IMG/VR virus record: IMGVR_UViG_3300044837_000188
From: an uncultured virus (IMG/VR IMGVR_UViG_3300044837_000188)
Taxonomy: Duplodnaviria > Heunggongvirae > Uroviricota > Caudoviricetes
Direction: 5' to 3' (one strand)
DNA length: 64,000 nt
Part shown: positions 18,753 to 28,706 of the stretch, one piece after another
Position numbering within the stretch: position 1 is the first letter of the stretch
Layout of the letters: each line of letters opens with the position of its first letter
The notes under the pieces: model-generated
Seen by the model: only the letters and a program-made list of their open reading frames with translations
The model's database searches: none
Told to the model about the DNA's origin: nothing
Translations under genes and position numbers: made by a program

Positions 18753-19601
18753 TTGCCCCGACTGCCTGATGTACCTCTGAGGTGGATGCTGGAGGAGCCG
18801 GATTCCGACCGGCTCCGCCAGCAGTACCCCGAGCTGTGGGCCAGCCCTCAGACCTCCTGCATCACCTGCCAGTTCCACCGCGCCCCCGGTGAGGACAGGA
18901 CCTTCCTGTGGTGGAACGAGGCGCGTACGGAGCCCGTCACCTGGGAGTGCAACTGCACCGCCCAGTGGATTCTGCACCGGTACCTGCTCGTCCACGGCGT
19001 CGGCAAGAACTACCAGCGCCTGGCGTGGCCCGACGCCGAGGCCGTCCCCGAGGTGACCCAGTACGAGATCCTCACGTACCTGGACAACGCCGCGACGTAC
19101 GTGGAACGCGGGGTCAACATGATCCTGCACTCGCCGGACGCCGGTACCGGCAAGACCCTCATGCTCATGCTCGCGGCCAAGAAGCTGCTGAAGCAGGGCT
19201 ACGACGTCTTCGTGGCCCAGATGAACACCATCGTGGAGATGTACACCTCCGGGTGGCGTGAGAAGGCCGACAAGGACTACTTCGAGCGCCGGATCATGAA
19301 CTGCGGGGTCCTTGTGATCGACGACCTCGGCAAGGAGACCGGCCAGAACCACATCGACTTCATCGACCGTCTGCTGGACCGCGTGATCCGCCACAGGACC
19401 GCTGCCAGCCTGCCGACGCTCGCCAGCACCAATCTGACCCCGGACCAGCTCGACAGCGGCTATGGGCGGTACGTGGCCTCTCTGCTGACGGAGACCTGCG
19501 TCTTCGTGGAGACCTCCGGCGCCGACTGGCGCCCGCAGGCCCGTGAGCGTATGCAGGAGGAGATCCGGCTCGGTCTCGTCCGGCCGCTGGTGATTGCCTG
19601 A
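18753..19601 (+). CDS. DnaC/IstB-like AAA+ helicase loader
   Basis: AAGGAG plus TTG; CITC..CNC zinc motif, DAGTGKT, VLVIDDLGKE, STNL. Confidence 0.85.
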   Translation: MPRLPDVPLRWMLEEPDSDRLRQQYPELWASPQTSCITCQFHRAPGEDRTFLWWNEARTEPVTWECNCTAQWILHRYLLVHGVGKNYQRLAWPDAEAVPEVTQYEILTYLDNAATYVERGVNMILHSPDAGTGKTLMLMLAAKKLLKQGYDVFVAQMNTIVEMYTSGWREKADKDYFERRIMNCGVLVIDDLGKETGQNHIDFIDRLLDRVIRHRTAASLPTLASTNLTPDQLDSGYGRYVASLLTETCVFVETSGADWRPQARERMQEEIRLGLVRPLVIA

Positions 19602-20914
19602 TGACAACTTCCCATGCGGAGGACGTCCTCTACTCGTCGCTGACCGATGTGGACGCCCTGGAGCAGATCGTCCGTATAGGCCTGGCCGAGGAGTGCATCC
19701 CCACTCAGGCCATGCGCAAGGTGGTCGCCTGGGCCATCGAGTACTTCGACAAGAACGGCATGACCAAGGCCCCCTCCAGGGCCGCTCTGCTGGAGACCTG
19801 GCGCGACACGATCGATGACGCCGAGGTCGTGATCGAGGAGACGGACGTCCAGCTCGACGACGTCTCCTGGGCCATCGGAGCCCTGAAGGCCCGGCGGGCT
19901 GACTACCTCTTCCAGACCTGGCAGAAGGAGGCCGCGTCGGCCATGTCGGCCGTCGCCTCCACGGAGAAGCTCGTCACCATGGGCGAGCAGATCCAGGCCC
20001 TCAACGTCATGTATCTGGCCCTGCGGGACAAGACCCAGGAGGTCGAGGGGATCGAGGGCTTCCAGCGCTCGTTCGCCGACTACCAGAACCGGGCCCAGAC
20101 GGCCATGCAGCACCAGGGCATGACCTTCGGGATCCCGGAGATCGACGACTACACCTTCGGCATCCACGGGGGAGAGCTGGCCGTCCTCGCGGCCGGGCCC
20201 AAGACGGGGAAGTCCGTCACCCTCGCGTACATCCTGCTCAAGGAGTGGAAGCGGCGTCGGCACACGACGTACTACACCCTGGAGAACTCGGTCAAGATGA
20301 CCTATGACCGGCTCGTGTGCATCCACCTGCACATCGACCACGACCGGTACCGCAGAGGCGAGTGCGGCGAGGACGAGGTGGCCCGCGTCCAGCTCTTCCT
20401 GGAGGAGTTCGGCGACGACCTCAAGGACTACATCCGAGTCGTCCAGCCGCAGCGCGGGGAGCGTACGGTCCAGTGGATCACCCGTCACGCACGGGCGGTG
20501 GGGACCGAGTCCCTCCTGATCGACCAGCTCACCTTCATGGAGCCGAGCGACCGGCGCCTGAGGGGGCCGGACAAGATCACCGACATCATGCACGACCTCA
20601 AGGACTCCATCGGCGGCAACCTGCCGATCCCCTGCCTGCTGGCCCACCAGATCAACCGCGAGGGCATGCGGGAGGCCAAGAAGAACGGCTGGCTGGAGCT
20701 GTACATGCTGGCCGAGGGATCCGAGGTCGAGAGGACCTGCGACTGGGCCTTCGGCCTGTACGCGAGCCCTGACGAGCGGGCTGCCCAGATGGTCAAGTGG
20801 CAGACCATGGCGACCCGCCGGGGCTCCACCAACATGAACTGGCGCGTGGGCGTCTGGCGGCCGTACCTCGGCCAGATCGATGCCCTGGAAGAGATCACGG
20901 AGCTGCGCGGATGA
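19601..20914 (+). CDS. dnaB: DnaB-like replicative helicase
   Basis: GELAVLAAGPKTGKS, YTLE, LLIDQL, HQINREG, EVERTCD. Confidence 0.85.
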   Translation: MTTSHAEDVLYSSLTDVDALEQIVRIGLAEECIPTQAMRKVVAWAIEYFDKNGMTKAPSRAALLETWRDTIDDAEVVIEETDVQLDDVSWAIGALKARRADYLFQTWQKEAASAMSAVASTEKLVTMGEQIQALNVMYLALRDKTQEVEGIEGFQRSFADYQNRAQTAMQHQGMTFGIPEIDDYTFGIHGGELAVLAAGPKTGKSVTLAYILLKEWKRRRHTTYYTLENSVKMTYDRLVCIHLHIDHDRYRRGECGEDEVARVQLFLEEFGDDLKDYIRVVQPQRGERTVQWITRHARAVGTESLLIDQLTFMEPSDRRLRGPDKITDIMHDLKDSIGGNLPIPCLLAHQINREGMREAKKNGWLELYMLAEGSEVERTCDWAFGLYASPDERAAQMVKWQTMATRRGSTNMNWRVGVWRPYLGQIDALEEITELRG

Positions 20915-21279
20915 GCGGGATCGACTGCACCAATCCTGATCACGAGAAGTGCGAGAGCTGCGGCGGTTGTGTGGTGGACGGGTGTGTCTGCCATCTCGCC
21001 GGAGGAGACGAGCCCGAGGAGCCCCTCACCCTGGATTCCATGGGTCTGCGGGACTACGACCTCAACTCCGAGGAGCGGGCCTGCCCGAAGTGCGGGGCCA
21101 ACCACATGCAGGTGGTCTACCACTCCCAGGTGGTCCTCACTATGGGCGAGGGCCAGGGGTTCCCCTGCGGGGCCTGGGTGCTCTCCGGGATCCTCTCGGA
21201 GAGCACGACCCAGCACCTGTGCCTGCGGTGCCTGCGGTGCGGCTACGGCTACCCCACGAAGACGGCGGACACGACGTGA
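20911..21279 (+). CDS. Zinc-finger protein
   Basis: CESCGGC, CPKCG, CLRCLRCG; overlapping start/stop on both sides. Confidence 0.65.
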   Translation: MSGIDCTNPDHEKCESCGGCVVDGCVCHLAGGDEPEEPLTLDSMGLRDYDLNSEERACPKCGANHMQVVYHSQVVLTMGEGQGFPCGAWVLSGILSESTTQHLCLRCLRCGYGYPTKTADTT

Positions 21280-22439
21280 GTTTCTTCGAGGCCGCCCTCC
21301 TGCCGGACCCCTCGAAGAAGGCGCTCTGCGAGGAGCTGCTGACCGAGTTCGGGGTGCGTGCGTCCCGCGTCAACGACAAGACCGGCGAGATGGTCCACGC
21401 CTGTCTCGTGTCCCCTGGCCTGCACCGCGACCAGGACAAGAATCCGACGGCGTCCCTCAACTACAAGAAGCTCACCTACAACTGCCTCGGTTGTGGTTCT
21501 AGCGGCGGTCTGCTGTGGTTCATCGCCACCTGCCGTGGCGAGACCTCCGAGGGCGCCCGCCAGTGGCTGGAGAAGACAGCCGGGCTCGGGGGACAGGTCC
21601 TGGAGCTGGACGCCATGCTCCGCTTCCTGGATGCGGTGTACGCCAAGGCCGAGACCCAGCCGATCCCGAAGTACTCCGACCGGATCCTCCAGGGGTGGGC
21701 GTACGAGCACCCCTACCTCGTGGACGCCCGGGGGATCTCCGAGGAGCTGTACCGCAAGTTCCGGCTCGGCTGGGACCCCCACTGGGACCGGGTCGTCATC
21801 CCGCACTTCTGGGACGGCTCCCTGGTCGGCTGGCAGTCCCGCAAGCTCCCGCCGGAGTGGAGGTCCGAACAGTGGGTCCCGAAGCCCCCACGGGCCGACG
21901 GGGAAGCCCAGATGGACATCCACTCCGGCAACCCCGGCTCGCCGAAGTACTTCTCCAGCGCCGACTTCCCCAAAGAGACAACCGTTTTCAACTACGACCC
22001 CCGCCAGCGGGAGGCCGTGGTCATGGAGGCCATGCTGTCGGCGATCACGCACGACGAGTACTTCCACTCGGAGGCCCTGTTCGGAGCGAAGTTCACCGAC
22101 ATGCAGGTCCGGCGGCTGGTGAAGCACGAGCGCGTCATCCTGTGGATGGACAACGACGATGCGGGCTGGAAGGCGATCGAGGGGCGCCCAGAGGTCCGGC
22201 CGACCAAGGCCAGGCCGGACGGACAGGCGGCGATTCCGGGTCTCTGCGAGCTGCTGGCCCCGTACACAGAGGTCCTCGTGGTGGACTCCCCGTGGTCCCA
22301 GGACGCCCAGGAGCTGCCCACCAAGGAGGCGGTGGCCCTCAAGGACGCCGCGCTCCCCTGGGGCGTCTGGAGGCGCCCTGAGACCCTGTACTGCTACCCC
22401 TGCAAGAGCCGGGCCCACGAGGGCCCCTGTACCCCCTAG
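21276..22439 (+). CDS. dnaG: DNA primase (zinc finger plus Toprim)
   Basis: C..H.DKNPTAS..YNCLGCG, RVVIP, PKY, VVME, WMDNDDAG. Confidence 0.82.
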   Translation: MSFFEAALLPDPSKKALCEELLTEFGVRASRVNDKTGEMVHACLVSPGLHRDQDKNPTASLNYKKLTYNCLGCGSSGGLLWFIATCRGETSEGARQWLEKTAGLGGQVLELDAMLRFLDAVYAKAETQPIPKYSDRILQGWAYEHPYLVDARGISEELYRKFRLGWDPHWDRVVIPHFWDGSLVGWQSRKLPPEWRSEQWVPKPPRADGEAQMDIHSGNPGSPKYFSSADFPKETTVFNYDPRQREAVVMEAMLSAITHDEYFHSEALFGAKFTDMQVRRLVKHERVILWMDNDDAGWKAIEGRPEVRPTKARPDGQAAIPGLCELLAPYTEVLVVDSPWSQDAQELPTKEAVALKDAALPWGVWRRPETLYCYPCKSRAHEGPCTP

Positions 22440-22448
22440 GAGGGCGCC

Positions 22449-22583
22449 ATGGCGCTTCAGAAGACAGGCTCCGGCCAGGTCATCACCGAGGACGGCGACA
22501 CCGTCCGCAAGACGGCCGCAGCACGTCCGCTCACCCGGCAGGACGTGCGGGACATCGAGGACGAGGACACCCCGGAGGACTGA
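22449..22583 (+). CDS. Small hypothetical protein (44 aa)
   Basis: AGGAGG RBS, MALQKTGSGQVITEDG..., TGATG overlap with next gene. Confidence 0.6.
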   Translation: MALQKTGSGQVITEDGDTVRKTAAARPLTRQDVRDIEDEDTPED

Positions 22584-23428
22584 TGGGCGCCCGACCCGAC
22601 CTGGACCTGACCGGCATCCTGGGTTCCTACACCGACGTTCTCCCGACGTCGGAAACCGTGGATGCCATGCGCAAGGCGGAGCGGCAGGACAGCGCCCTCT
22701 GCTACGAACGACCGGCCCGTCTGGGCTGGGGGCCGGACCGTTGGTCCACCAGCATGGCCCTGGTGCCGGTGGAGCGCGTGTGCCACGACGTGAACGGCTA
22801 CTACCGGGAGCTAGGGGTGGGCTGGCAGGCCACCAAGAAGGAGCTGCGGGAGGCGTACCAGGCCCTGGACGGCCAGTCGTCCACCCGGCTGACGTACGTC
22901 TTCAAGCAGCTCCTGGACCCGGTCACCCGAGAGGCGTACGACCGTGCGCCGAAGGGTGAGATCTTCCTCGACGACTACACCGAGGAGGACCTGAAACGGC
23001 GTGCCCACCGGGAGGCGGCCGAGCGATCTCAGCGCCTCGGCCAGCCGGTGACCTCGGACGAGGTCCTGGACGAATGGGGGTACGTCGACCTCGACGAAGA
23101 AGAGGTTGACAGCGTCAAGGCCGTGCGGCAAGATCGGACACGTCGCAGGGCACAGGAGTGGAACTACAGCTACTACGCCTGGAGGACGAAGAGCTTCGTC
23201 CAGGACGAGGCCCGGCTCCAGGAATGGCAGCTCCTCCTCTCCGCAGAAGCCTCGCGACAGGGCTCCCACCCGGAGATGGGCATCGGCGTCACGTCGATGT
23301 CAGACCAGCCGTACATGATGGACTACGTCCACAATCGGCCGGTGCTGTTCTTCTCCACGGAGACCGAGCCCGACCAGGGGATCGCCAGCCAGGCGTTCGC
23401 TGAATTCCTCAATTCCCTCAGTTCCTGA
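22583..23428 (+). CDS. Protein with degenerate J-domain-like segment
   Basis: YYRELGV..ATKKELREAY...LLDPVTREAYD; HPD motif absent. Confidence 0.6.
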   Translation: MGARPDLDLTGILGSYTDVLPTSETVDAMRKAERQDSALCYERPARLGWGPDRWSTSMALVPVERVCHDVNGYYRELGVGWQATKKELREAYQALDGQSSTRLTYVFKQLLDPVTREAYDRAPKGEIFLDDYTEEDLKRRAHREAAERSQRLGQPVTSDEVLDEWGYVDLDEEEVDSVKAVRQDRTRRRAQEWNYSYYAWRTKSFVQDEARLQEWQLLLSAEASRQGSHPEMGIGVTSMSDQPYMMDYVHNRPVLFFSTETEPDQGIASQAFAEFLNSLSS

Positions 23429-23456
23429 TCATTCCCATGTCTCAGAGGAGACGAAG

Positions 23457-24398
23457 TTGACGATCAACGACACGTTCGACCCGGAGGCCGCTCTCCGTCG
23501 CGGTGACGAAGAGGACGAGAACCAGGGCAGGGGCGGATTCCGCAAGGAGCCCCACTGGGACCTCAAGGAGGGCGAGGAGGCCGTCCTGCGGTTCCTCCAG
23601 GAGTCCAAGGACTGGTACCGCGCCCGTACCCACCGCTTCTTCCCGACCAAGGCGAAGCCCGCCGACTTCGAGGGCAACTTCCCGAGCGCCATGCCCGCGA
23701 CGTGCCGCATGGAGCAGGCCTTCGCGCAGCTCTACCCGAACGGCTGCCCCATCTGCCAGTCCGGGTACAAGAACAAGTTCGGCAAGGAGAACAAGGGCGA
23801 CGACCTGCGGTACACGCTGGCCGTCGAGCGTGAGCAGTACCTGGACGCGGAGACCGGCAAGAAGGCCTACCGCGACAAGATGGTGGAGATCCCGATCCTC
23901 GGCGAGGACGGCAAGCCCACCGAGGAGAAGCTCTCCGTCCCCTCCATCGTGATCGTCTCGAACACGATGTACATGCTCATGAACGCGCTCAAGTCCTGCG
24001 GCGAGTCGTACGACACCCTGCTGGACCGTGACTACCGGATCAAGCGGGTGAAGAACCCCTCCGGCACCGGCACGATCTACCAGGTCTTCCCTCTCGACAA
24101 GATCGAGGGCATCGCCCCGGGCACCGAGCACTGGGAGTACTACCAGCTCGCCGTGGACGCGTTCGGCATCAAGCTGCCGACGATGATCTACTCGAAGACC
24201 ACGGAGGAGTACTACAAGAAGTTCTTCCTGGAGGAGGACGGCTTCACGTCGGTCGACGTGCGTCGTGAGTCCGGCGAGCTGGCCCCGGCGGTCAAGGAGG
24301 CGGGCAAGTCCGGCGGCTCGACTCCGTCCGGTGCGGCCACGCCGACTCCGAACGCGGACGCTCTCGCGGCCATGAAGGCGCGGATCAGCAAGCAGTAG
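23457..24398 (+). CDS. Single-stranded DNA-binding protein (T4 gp32-like)
   Basis: VLRFL, H..F, C..CPIC, DYRIKR..GTGTIY pattern; lies between primase and polymerase. Confidence 0.65.
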   Translation: MTINDTFDPEAALRRGDEEDENQGRGGFRKEPHWDLKEGEEAVLRFLQESKDWYRARTHRFFPTKAKPADFEGNFPSAMPATCRMEQAFAQLYPNGCPICQSGYKNKFGKENKGDDLRYTLAVEREQYLDAETGKKAYRDKMVEIPILGEDGKPTEEKLSVPSIVIVSNTMYMLMNALKSCGESYDTLLDRDYRIKRVKNPSGTGTIYQVFPLDKIEGIAPGTEHWEYYQLAVDAFGIKLPTMIYSKTTEEYYKKFFLEEDGFTSVDVRRESGELAPAVKEAGKSGGSTPSGAATPTPNADALAAMKARISKQ

Positions 24399-24496
24399 GG
24401 CCTGTCCCTACCCTTAGACGACGGCCACCCGAGCGGGTCTGCGGACCCTCAGCCGTGTGAGGCTCGGGTGGCCGTCCTGATCCCGCCAGGAGAGCC

Positions 24497-27400
24497 ATGC
24501 AACTGATCGAGTCGTACACCACCGATCGCTCTGCGACAGACGTGTTCGATCGCACCTACCCCTCGACCTGCCTCGTGGAAGACGACGAGGACGGCATCCG
24601 CTGGATGCTGACGCCGAGTGACACCTTGATCCACGCTCCGACGTGGGCGCGGGCCAGTGCCGCCGGGGCTGCTGGTCTGCTGGTGTCTGAGGATTTTAAA
24701 ATCCGTGCGATGACGGCCGAGCGCTTCGCGGAGGACCGCGAGGAGCGTCGGCCCAACTACGTCGTCCCCCGGAACTCGTGGTCGCTCTTCGACCACGTTC
24801 CCAGCTACACCGAGGTCTTCCAGGCCCCTCGCGGCGGCCTGATCATCCCGAAGCCCACCTTGAGCCGTACGGGCTTCGTGCACGGCCACACGCACGCCGA
24901 GTACTCCCCGCTGGACGGCCTCTCCACGATCTCCGAGATCGTCGACCAGGCCGTGGCCGACGGACAGCCCGGCGTGGCCCTCACGGACCACGGCCGCGTC
25001 TCCGGCCACCCCGAACTCCAGGCCGTCTGCGACAAGGCCGGGATCAAGCCGATCTTCGGCATCGAGGCGTACTTCCAGGACGACCGCTTCGCCCGCTCCG
25101 ACCCCGAGAACACCAAGGAGCAGAACCACGCGATCCGGTATGGGTACCACCACCTGATCCTGTGGGCCATGAACGACGAGGGGCTCCACAACCTCTGGGC
25201 CATGTCCACGGAGTCCTTCCGCGACGGCATGTACGACAAGAAGCCCCGGATGGACTGGGACACCCTCCGGCGCCACTCCACGGGCATCATGGCCGCCTCC
25301 GGCTGCCTGCGGGGTCCGCTGGCCGTTCCCGTGCTCGCCGACGACGAGACGCTGGCCCGGACCAATCTGGGCCGTCTGCTGGAGATCTTCGGGGACCGCT
25401 TCTACCTGGAGGTGCAGCCCAATGCGCTCGCAGAACAGCGCAAGGTCAATGAGGCAATGGTCCGTCTGGGGAGGGAGTTCGGTGTGCCCCTCATGGCCAC
25501 CGTCGACTCCCACTACCCGAAACAGACTGACCACGATGCACACCAGGCATGGATTGCCGTCCAGACGGACAAGGACGTCGCAGACGAGGGCGACCTCTTC
25601 TCGGTCAACCTTGATCTCTACATGCAGACGGAGGCAGACGTTCGGCGCGGGCTGGCCTACCTCGGTGCTGAAGCGGTCGACGAGGCGGTACGCAACACGC
25701 TCGATCTGACCGAGCGCACCAACGCCCGGATCGGCGGGAAGCCGGAGCCCCCGGTCTTCTCCAAGAAGGGCGGCCACGAGCGCGACGCGGAACGTCTGCT
25801 GGACGTCTGCATCGCGAACTGGGCCAAGGTCGCGGGCAAGGACGCCGACCAGAGCGTCTACGAGCAGCGCTTCGAGCGCGAGTTCCGCCTGATCAAGCAG
25901 AAGGAGTTCTGTGGGTACTTCCTCATGGTCTCCGACTACTGCCGGTGGGCGAAGAGCGAAGGCATCCTCGTGGGCCCCGGACGCGGCTCCGGCGGTGGCT
26001 CCCTGGTGGCCTACCTCTGCGAGATCACGGAGATCGACCCGGTGGAGGGCGACCTGCCCTTCGAGCGGTTCATGACCGAGGGCCGGACCTCCCTGCCGGA
26101 CTTCGACGTCGACTTCCCGGCGTCCATGAAGGACCGCATCCTCCAGTACCTGGCCGACACCTACGGTGCCGACTTCGTGGTCCAGATCGGGACGCACCTG
26201 CGGCTGAAGTCCAAGGGCATCGTCAAGGACCTCACGCGGTCGATGATGTCCGTGATGGTGACCCAGGAGCAGAAGGCTCTGGACGCCGCTCTGGAGGCTC
26301 AGGACGAGTACGCGGTGGGCCGGGCCCGGGAAGCCCTTCAGGAGCGCCGTACGGCCGTCCACAAGGACATGGCGAAGGTCGCTGACATCGTGAAGCTCGC
26401 CGAGTCCGACAAGGCCGGTCTCGGCATGGCCTGGGAGGACCTCTGGGCCCAGTGGGGCGACGACCTCCAGCCGTACCGCGAGAAGTACCCCGAGCTGTTC
26501 GGGATGGCCGACCGGCTCCAGGGGCGGCTGAAGTCGTACGGCAAGCACGCGGCCGGAGTCGTGATCTCTACGGACCGGGCGCTGACCGGCTGGCTCCCCC
26601 TCCAGAGCGGAGAGGACGGCCGGATGGTCACCCAGTTCGACATGGGCACTCTGGAGTCCATGGGCCTGGTGAAGTTCGACATCCTCACCATTCGAACTCT
26701 GGACACAGTCCAATGGGCCGTCGACCTCGTCAAGGAGATCCGGGACGTCTCGGTGGACGTCTACGACTGGAAGGAGGAGTACCGCGACCCGCAGGTCTGG
26801 GAGGAGGTCGCGGCGGCCAAGACGCTCGGGATCTTCCAGATCGAGACGCACGCCGGTACCCGCCTGTGCCAGCGCATGAAGCCGATGAACCTGGCCGAGA
26901 TGAGCGACATGATCACCCTCGTGAGGCCTGGTCCCATGCGCTCGGGCCTGACGGAGCTGTATCTCCGGCGCAAGGACGGCCTGGAGCCGGTGAGCTACCC
27001 GGACCCCCGCATGGAGGAGATCCTCGGTCCCACCTGGGGCTGCATGATCTACCAGGAGCAGATCATGCAGGCCTGCATCGTCCTGGGCGGCTACACCTCC
27101 GACGAGGCCGACGAGGTCCGCAAGATCCTCGGCAAGAAGAAGATCGAGAAGATCGGACCGGCCGGTCAGGAGTTCGTCTCCCGCGCGGTGGACAACGGCA
27201 TGCAGCGGGACGCCGCCCAGCATCTGTGGGACCAGATGGCGGAGTTCGCCAAGTACTCCTTCGGCAAGGCCCACGCGTACGCCTACGCGGTCCTGGCGTA
27301 CTGGACGGCCTGGCTGAAGTTCCACTACCCGGTGGAGTTCTTCACGGGCGCCCTGAGCACGATCGACCAGAAGCGGATCCCGGAGTTCATCAAGGAGGTG

Positions 27401-28294
27401 CGCCGGGGTGGCTACACCGTGCTCCCGCCGGACGTCAATGCCTCCACGAAGGGCTTCACGGCCGAGCCCCTGGCGATCCGCTACGGGCTGGACGCGATCA
27501 AGGGGATCGGCGAGATCGCCGTGGACTACCTGATCGAAGGGCAGCGCTACGACTCGCTGGAGGCGTTCGACTCCTACGTCACGGAGAAGGGCTCCAAGGC
27601 CAACGCGGCCGTCCAGATGCTGCTGGCCAAGATCGGTGCCCTGGACTCCCTGGAGCCCCACCGCGCTGGCCTGGTGCAGATGCTGGAGATGCGTAAGACC
27701 AAGGAGGACGCCAAGTGCGTCTTCCAGATCGGGACGGCCACTCCGGCCGAGGGGGCGCCTGCGGGCTGTGCCTTCGACTGGCCCGGTGAGGATCCGCCGG
27801 TCAACCCCAAGACCCTGAAGATCCTCCCGAAGAAGCCTCCGCCCAAGCGGTGCACGAAGGCCTGCCGTCAGTACCAGCCGGTACCTCCGCTGGACCTGGC
27901 CACGGTGCCGGACTTCGACGACGAGGCGGTCCGCGCGATCGAGCACGAGCTGCTGGGCGTGTTCCTCTCGTCGACCCCCTTCGACCGGCTGGCCAAGGAG
28001 GACCGCGAGCGGCTCTTCGGGGACGCCGAGCAGATGGCCGACGGGGAGGCGGGCCGGATGTACACGGTCGCCGCGATCCTCATGGGCATCCGCAAGACCA
28101 AGACCCGCTCCAACGGGGACGAGATGGCCTTTCTCAACCTGGACACCGAGCTGTCCACCGTGGAGGCCGTCTGCTTCCCCCGGAAGTGGACCGAGATCAA
28201 GACCGGTATGCACGAGGGCCAGCTCTGCCTGGTCGTCCTGGAGAAGCAGGACGGCGACAAGGGCTTCATCGTGCAGGAATACCTTCCCGTTTAG
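24497..28294 (+). CDS. dnaE: DNA polymerase III alpha subunit
   Basis: PHP HTHAEYSPLDG, ALTDHG, GPGRGSGGGSLVAY, PDFDVDF, GKHAAGVVI, KFDIL, YQEQIM, YSFGKAHA. Confidence 0.96.
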   Translation: MQLIESYTTDRSATDVFDRTYPSTCLVEDDEDGIRWMLTPSDTLIHAPTWARASAAGAAGLLVSEDFKIRAMTAERFAEDREERRPNYVVPRNSWSLFDHVPSYTEVFQAPRGGLIIPKPTLSRTGFVHGHTHAEYSPLDGLSTISEIVDQAVADGQPGVALTDHGRVSGHPELQAVCDKAGIKPIFGIEAYFQDDRFARSDPENTKEQNHAIRYGYHHLILWAMNDEGLHNLWAMSTESFRDGMYDKKPRMDWDTLRRHSTGIMAASGCLRGPLAVPVLADDETLARTNLGRLLEIFGDRFYLEVQPNALAEQRKVNEAMVRLGREFGVPLMATVDSHYPKQTDHDAHQAWIAVQTDKDVADEGDLFSVNLDLYMQTEADVRRGLAYLGAEAVDEAVRNTLDLTERTNARIGGKPEPPVFSKKGGHERDAERLLDVCIANWAKVAGKDADQSVYEQRFEREFRLIKQKEFCGYFLMVSDYCRWAKSEGILVGPGRGSGGGSLVAYLCEITEIDPVEGDLPFERFMTEGRTSLPDFDVDFPASMKDRILQYLADTYGADFVVQIGTHLRLKSKGIVKDLTRSMMSVMVTQEQKALDAALEAQDEYAVGRAREALQERRTAVHKDMAKVADIVKLAESDKAGLGMAWEDLWAQWGDDLQPYREKYPELFGMADRLQGRLKSYGKHAAGVVISTDRALTGWLPLQSGEDGRMVTQFDMGTLESMGLVKFDILTIRTLDTVQWAVDLVKEIRDVSVDVYDWKEEYRDPQVWEEVAAAKTLGIFQIETHAGTRLCQRMKPMNLAEMSDMITLVRPGPMRSGLTELYLRRKDGLEPVSYPDPRMEEILGPTWGCMIYQEQIMQACIVLGGYTSDEADEVRKILGKKKIEKIGPAGQEFVSRAVDNGMQRDAAQHLWDQMAEFAKYSFGKAHAYAYAVLAYWTAWLKFHYPVEFFTGALSTIDQKRIPEFIKEVRRGGYTVLPPDVNASTKGFTAEPLAIRYGLDAIKGIGEIAVDYLIEGQRYDSLEAFDSYVTEKGSKANAAVQMLLAKIGALDSLEPHRAGLVQMLEMRKTKEDAKCVFQIGTATPAEGAPAGCAFDWPGEDPPVNPKTLKILPKKPPPKRCTKACRQYQPVPPLDLATVPDFDDEAVRAIEHELLGVFLSSTPFDRLAKEDRERLFGDAEQMADGEAGRMYTVAAILMGIRKTKTRSNGDEMAFLNLDTELSTVEAVCFPRKWTEIKTGMHEGQLCLVVLEKQDGDKGFIVQEYLPV

Positions 28295-28305
28295 GAGATC
28301 CCGCC

Positions 28306-28698
28306 ATGCGAATCGAACACCTCCCTCCCATCCCCCGCGAGATGCGCACCTTCCTGATGGAGCGCACCAACGTGGAGCCCACGCTGCACCTGCGGGGAAA
28401 GCGGCTCGTTCTGGAGCACAAGAACGACCGCGTCCGCATGACGATCACGTACGCCTTCGGTGCCCCCGGAGGCCAGCCGAGCTGGCACCAGACCGGATCC
28501 ACCCTGGAGATCCTCGGCCAGCCGGTGAACCTCGCTCAGGACGAGGAGGAGTACGTGCGGATCTTCAACGACGGGGCCGAGCCCACGGGCCCCGGCTGGG
28601 TCGAGGGCGGCCCGCAGTCCCGTCCGACCCCGCACCACATGGGCCATCACGTCGTGAAGGCCGTTCAGTCCGGCCCTTCCCGCTCACGTCGCCGCTAG
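28306..28698 (+). CDS. Hypothetical protein flanked by 12-bp direct repeats
   Basis: AGGAG RBS; TAGGAGATCCCG at 28292 and 28696. Confidence 0.6.
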   Translation: MRIEHLPPIPREMRTFLMERTNVEPTLHLRGKRLVLEHKNDRVRMTITYAFGAPGGQPSWHQTGSTLEILGQPVNLAQDEEEYVRIFNDGAEPTGPGWVEGGPQSRPTPHHMGHHVVKAVQSGPSRSRRR

Positions 28699-28706
28699 GA
28701 GATCCC

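Noticed and set aside
24449..28213. Very long minus-strand ORFs (also 39266-43003, 11512-13224 and others)
   Set aside because: Antisense shadows of high-GC3 plus-strand genes that have clear motifs
24497..28294. Intein or intron in dnaE (also checked terL and dnaB)
   Set aside because: No intein splice-junction or LAGLIDADG motifs seen; frames are continuous and insertions short
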